A stretch of 10,965 nucleotides of DNA from Myxococcota bacterium (lineage in GTDB: Bacteria > Myxococcota > SpSt-1050), in the NCBI GenBank assembly GCA_049969675.1, contig JBMFOP010000034.1:17917-28881 (forward strand). Direction: 5' to 3'. The notes under the pieces are model-generated. The model saw only the letters and a list, made by a program, of their open reading frames with translations. It was not told the origin of the DNA and ran no database searches. Below, one piece after another: positions 7,424 to 10,965 of this stretch. The position numbers and the translations under genes are program-made. Numbering within the stretch: the stretch's first letter is position 1; the number at the start of each line of letters is the position of its first letter.

Positions 7424-10400
7424 ATGAAGAAGGTAGTACTACTTTTCTTACTATTTTCAATCTTTATGAGTTATGCATATTCCGGGGAATATAGCTGGGA
7501 TTACAATAAGAGTTTTAGGCAGGCTTGCAGAGAAAACGGAGGCAGTGCTGATGATCCACCCTGCATTGATAATGGGCTGGGAGCAGATATGGTTATAATG
7601 ATTCCAGCAGGCAGTATGATACCAGAACTCCGCTATGATAGCATGCAGACAAAGATTATTGAAGGGTTAAATCTAAGAAATATGATACTTAATTCAATAT
7701 CAGAAAGTAATAATCATATAATATTTGATAAAAACGGTAAACTTACATTTTTGTTTGATATAGATGATTACCTGGGGGTGAGGGATTTAAGTATAGAATT
7801 GAGTGGGATAACATTTGAAAAAGATGATTTAAATAGAATAATGTTGATAGCCTGTGTGGATTTAAATGTTGGATTATATAAAAGAGCCAGCAGTGTCTTT
7901 GATTCGTCTGATAGAATAGATGAAAAATATTTTAATATAGGAAATATTCAGGATAGTGGCCTAAGCCTATCGGCAGAACTTCCAATAAAATTTAAGTTGG
8001 AGGTCATAAGAGATTCTGGAAAGAATTATATAGGAATTCAGTTTTTTCGTATAGATAAGGATGAAGATTCAGAATACATAATAAATTTTAATAAAGTCTG
8101 CAAATATACAATAGAGAGCTCTGGTATAACTAAGGATGAAGGTGAAGGCATAATAAATAATTTTGAGAAAAAGATAAAGGAGATAATGATTAAAGAAGAA
8201 CTTGATTTGAAAAAAATTAAGATGATATATGAAGGTGCAGATGATTTTATAAATTTTGGAGATAGATTATACGACTGGTTGGATATAAATTGGATTAAAT
8301 TAGACCTTCTTGAGATGAATTTTTATAATTTTTGCAAAAGTAGAGAATATTATCCTATTCCCTGGTGTATAAAATATGATATAGAAGATTATGAAAAAGA
8401 TAAAGCAAAAGCGTTGTTGATAGGGATTGAGTGGAGTCTGCGTAAAGAAAAATTAAAAAATCCGCTTCCAGAAGGTATTGATAGATATCACGATATAGTG
8501 GATTTCAGTGGTTATAATAGTTCATTATTAGGCTTTATCAAACATATTTACGACAGAACCTTTTTAAACCTTATTTCAGATTTTCCTTTGATACATAATC
8601 GTGTTATTGAGCAATCGGTATATGTGGACTATTCAGTATTGATGGATGTTGCATATATGAAATTAGGATATAACTACAACAACCTTCTTAACAAATTAAA
8701 GGAAAACGATAGAGAATATTTCTACTTTAAAAAGATAAAGGATGTAAGGATATTTTATGGAACAACAGAATATTCTCCAGTAATATTAATGGATGGCAAA
8801 GGAACCTACAATAATCCATGCCCATTAGGTGAAGATAACTTCTCCTTTAAGATGTATATAGAGATAGGTAATCCAAAAGATAGTTATATTACTATAGATC
8901 TCCCTTATTGTTTTATGGGGGAGGACGAGACAAAATATGGTATTGGTGAAACTTATCCATCCGAGGAGGAAGAATTTTGTAATTGTTCTGAGAGGATCAA
9001 GGAGACGAGATATAAACGAGTATTTGCTGGATTGGGAGATATATCTGGATATGAGATAATGAGGGAGGAGCGGAGGGTAAAAGAGAGTAGAGACGGTTTT
9101 GAGGGAAAACAATTTAGTGATATAGATGGAGATGGGGTGGGGTATGAGGGTAGTTGTGCAGAGTGCAAGGGATATATGGATAATTGTCCTTATGTATGGA
9201 ATGAAGATCAAAATGATATTGATATGGATGGTATTGGAGATTTATGTGATAAAGATAAGGACAATGATTTTATAAGCAAGACGAAGGTAAATGATTTATT
9301 AGATTGGAATAAGTTTATCCTTACTGACTATGACAACGATGATCGACCTGAATATATTATTAATCCATTTGAAGAGGTAAATCCTCCAATGCCAGAAAGG
9401 TGTGTGAATATAGCTGGGCTCACAACTTGGTATGAAGAGGAAGACTGTGAATATTTATGTAAGAATGAATGCAGAAGGAATTTATTAATGAGTTATAATA
9501 GTTATAGATATGAGGCAAAAAAGCAAGGAAAGAGAAACATAGATGATTTAAAGATATATGCCAAACGAGGTAGCAGGATTGGAGGATTATATAGTGACTG
9601 TTTAAAGAAGTGCAAAGTTGATAACTGCTCACCTGAAAAAATAGTGATGAGTAAAACTCGTAGAGAGTTACTTTATAATTATTGTATGGATATGAACGGT
9701 AAGGGAGTAATTTTTGGGGATAGATGTATAAAATTATTTTGGAATATTCAACAAATAGATAGTGATGGGGATAAAATAGGTGATAGATGCGAAGATGAGG
9801 CTTACAACTCTGATATAAAATTAAAGCAGAGTATAGAGATGGGATATTATGACAAGAAAGAGAAGGAAGGATGTCCAAATTTATTGCAAAAATGGGAGGT
9901 GAAAAGGATAAATGAGATTGGATATATAAACTTAAGTGGTATAGTAGGTGGCGGATTTATTAATAGGTCTACGGGAATGGCATTTGATTTTGAAAATGAT
10001 TCATTTGATTTACTTGATTATGGGAATAAATTTTATGAGGCTACAATTGGGGTATGTAAGTGCGAGTTAACAGATAGTGTTTATGATAAATCTCAATGTA
10101 GACATCTTTCTCAATGTCCCATAACAATTGATTATAAGGATATAAAAAAAGGGATAAGATACTATAATCCGATAACAACCGGGAAAGAAGGCTATATGGG
10201 GGATGATATATGTGATAAGAACTGGTATTTAATAAAAGATCGGCATTATATTGGTTCTGACTCGAGGTATTATTGTGTAAGTAAGGTATTTAAGCAGGTA
10301 CTCAGTGATGAGATATCTGAATATTCATATTTATGGAAATGGGACTTTAATTTATTTCCTCTTGTGATGGAGAGGATAATAAGAGATGATGGTAATATCA

Positions 10401-10965
10401 TAGATGAGATAAAAGAGGGGGGTAATATAGACCTTCTAAATTACGGAATTGGTGAGGGGAGATATTCTCAAATTCGCATAGCATATAAGAGAGATGACGA
10501 GGGAAAATACAAAGAGTATTTTGTAGACGGATGTAAAAAGAATGCTAATAATGACTGCATAGGAAACTGGGTGGGCTTTCTACCAGAAGGAGAGGAATGG
10601 AGATGCGTGTATGATTTTCCAGATATATGGGATGTTGATTTGAGAACATTATATAAAAGGAGTAATCCTGTGGTAATAGACTTTGGGAATAAGTTTGGTC
10701 ATATGCCTCACTGGGATGTGCCACCTTATGAGATAGACATAAAGTTTGATAAGAAGATAGTAATGTTCTTTGACCCTGCTGATAGGACAAAAAATGATGG
10801 TAAGATAGTGGCAATATTTGACCCTGTGAAGGGGAAGATAATAAGATATTTCAGGTCAAATGAAGGGAATAGTGTATATCCCAGAGCGGGGCTTGAAGAT
10901 TTTTCTGTTGCAGTAGGATATAATAGTCTGAGGAATATGGGTCTGGGTGAAGATAGCAGGATAAG
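7424..10965 (+). CDS. Very large secreted Cys-rich protein with thrombospondin type 3 (Ca-binding) repeats; 3'-truncated by the window edge (at least 1180 aa)
   Basis: Translated by hand: no in-frame stop from ATG 7424 to the end. SD AGGGAGGT. Sec-type signal peptide MKKVVLLFLLFSIFMSYAYS. TSP3 motifs DIDGDGVG, DNCPYVWNEDQNDIDMDGIGDLCD and NIQQIDSDGDKIGDRCE. 34 Cys counted. Presumably absent from the ORF track because it has no stop in the window. Confidence 0.92.
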   Translation, partial: MKKVVLLFLLFSIFMSYAYSGEYSWDYNKSFRQACRENGGSADDPPCIDNGLGADMVIMIPAGSMIPELRYDSMQTKIIEGLNLRNMILNSISESNNHIIFDKNGKLTFLFDIDDYLGVRDLSIELSGITFEKDDLNRIMLIACVDLNVGLYKRASSVFDSSDRIDEKYFNIGNIQDSGLSLSAELPIKFKLEVIRDSGKNYIGIQFFRIDKDEDSEYIINFNKVCKYTIESSGITKDEGEGIINNFEKKIKEIMIKEELDLKKIKMIYEGADDFINFGDRLYDWLDINWIKLDLLEMNFYNFCKSREYYPIPWCIKYDIEDYEKDKAKALLIGIEWSLRKEKLKNPLPEGIDRYHDIVDFSGYNSSLLGFIKHIYDRTFLNLISDFPLIHNRVIEQSVYVDYSVLMDVAYMKLGYNYNNLLNKLKENDREYFYFKKIKDVRIFYGTTEYSPVILMDGKGTYNNPCPLGEDNFSFKMYIEIGNPKDSYITIDLPYCFMGEDETKYGIGETYPSEEEEFCNCSERIKETRYKRVFAGLGDISGYEIMREERRVKESRDGFEGKQFSDIDGDGVGYEGSCAECKGYMDNCPYVWNEDQNDIDMDGIGDLCDKDKDNDFISKTKVNDLLDWNKFILTDYDNDDRPEYIINPFEEVNPPMPERCVNIAGLTTWYEEEDCEYLCKNECRRNLLMSYNSYRYEAKKQGKRNIDDLKIYAKRGSRIGGLYSDCLKKCKVDNCSPEKIVMSKTRRELLYNYCMDMNGKGVIFGDRCIKLFWNIQQIDSDGDKIGDRCEDEAYNSDIKLKQSIEMGYYDKKEKEGCPNLLQKWEVKRINEIGYINLSGIVGGGFINRSTGMAFDFENDSFDLLDYGNKFYEATIGVCKCELTDSVYDKSQCRHLSQCPITIDYKDIKKGIRYYNPITTGKEGYMGDDICDKNWYLIKDRHYIGSDSRYYCVSKVFKQVLSDEISEYSYLWKWDFNLFPLVMERIIRDDGNIIDEIKEGGNIDLLNYGIGEGRYSQIRIAYKRDDEGKYKEYFVDGCKKNANNDCIGNWVGFLPEGEEWRCVYDFPDIWDVDLRTLYKRSNPVVIDFGNKFGHMPHWDVPPYEIDIKFDKKIVMFFDPADRTKNDGKIVAIFDPVKGKIIRYFRSNEGNSVYPRAGLEDFSVAVGYNSLRNMGLGEDSRI
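9119..9793 (+). repeat. Thrombospondin type 3 repeat region (protein-level) within the large secreted protein
   Basis: DxDxDG motifs start at 9119, recur in 9179-9268 and again in 9743-9793. DNC motifs are at 9179 and 9620. Confidence 0.8.

Noticed and set aside
8825..10814. Minus-strand track ORFs 8825-9211, 8953-9168, 9420-9878 and 10545-10814
   Set aside because: They are antisense to the continuous 7424-10965 ORF, and their Leu/Ser/Ile/Tyr-rich composition mirrors the purine-rich sense strand.
7424..10965. Stop-codon recoding or pseudogene as the reason the ORF track shows no long gene here
   Set aside because: Manual translation shows no in-frame stop under the standard code; the gene simply runs off the window.

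Overview
A bacterial chromosomal window, AT-rich and standard genetic code, with seven credible protein-coding genes. On the + strand: an 838-aa multidomain surface lipoprotein (Cys-rich repeats, Ig-like/ASH-type domains, a DxNCDG motif, a DUF1565-like motif, a Gly-rich tail), a 109-aa Cys4 zinc-ribbon-like protein and an orphan LivK/LivJ-like substrate-binding lipoprotein. Converging on them from the - strand: an EamA/DMT transporter, a 60-aa small protein and an HI0933/YhiN-family flavoprotein. The ORF track omits the largest gene, a stop-free + strand ORF from ATG 7424 past the window end (at least 1180 codons). It encodes a secreted, Cys-rich protein whose thrombospondin type 3 (TSP3) repeats are interrupted by Cys-paired inserts. 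Its promoter is the most striking signal: TTGACT(-35), a T16 homopolymer, then TGaTATAAT (extended -10), giving a 20-bp spacer. This is the layout of a slipped-strand, phase-variable promoter. I saw no rRNA, tRNA, CRISPR array or intact mobile element. Family assignments come from motif recognition by eye; no database search was run.
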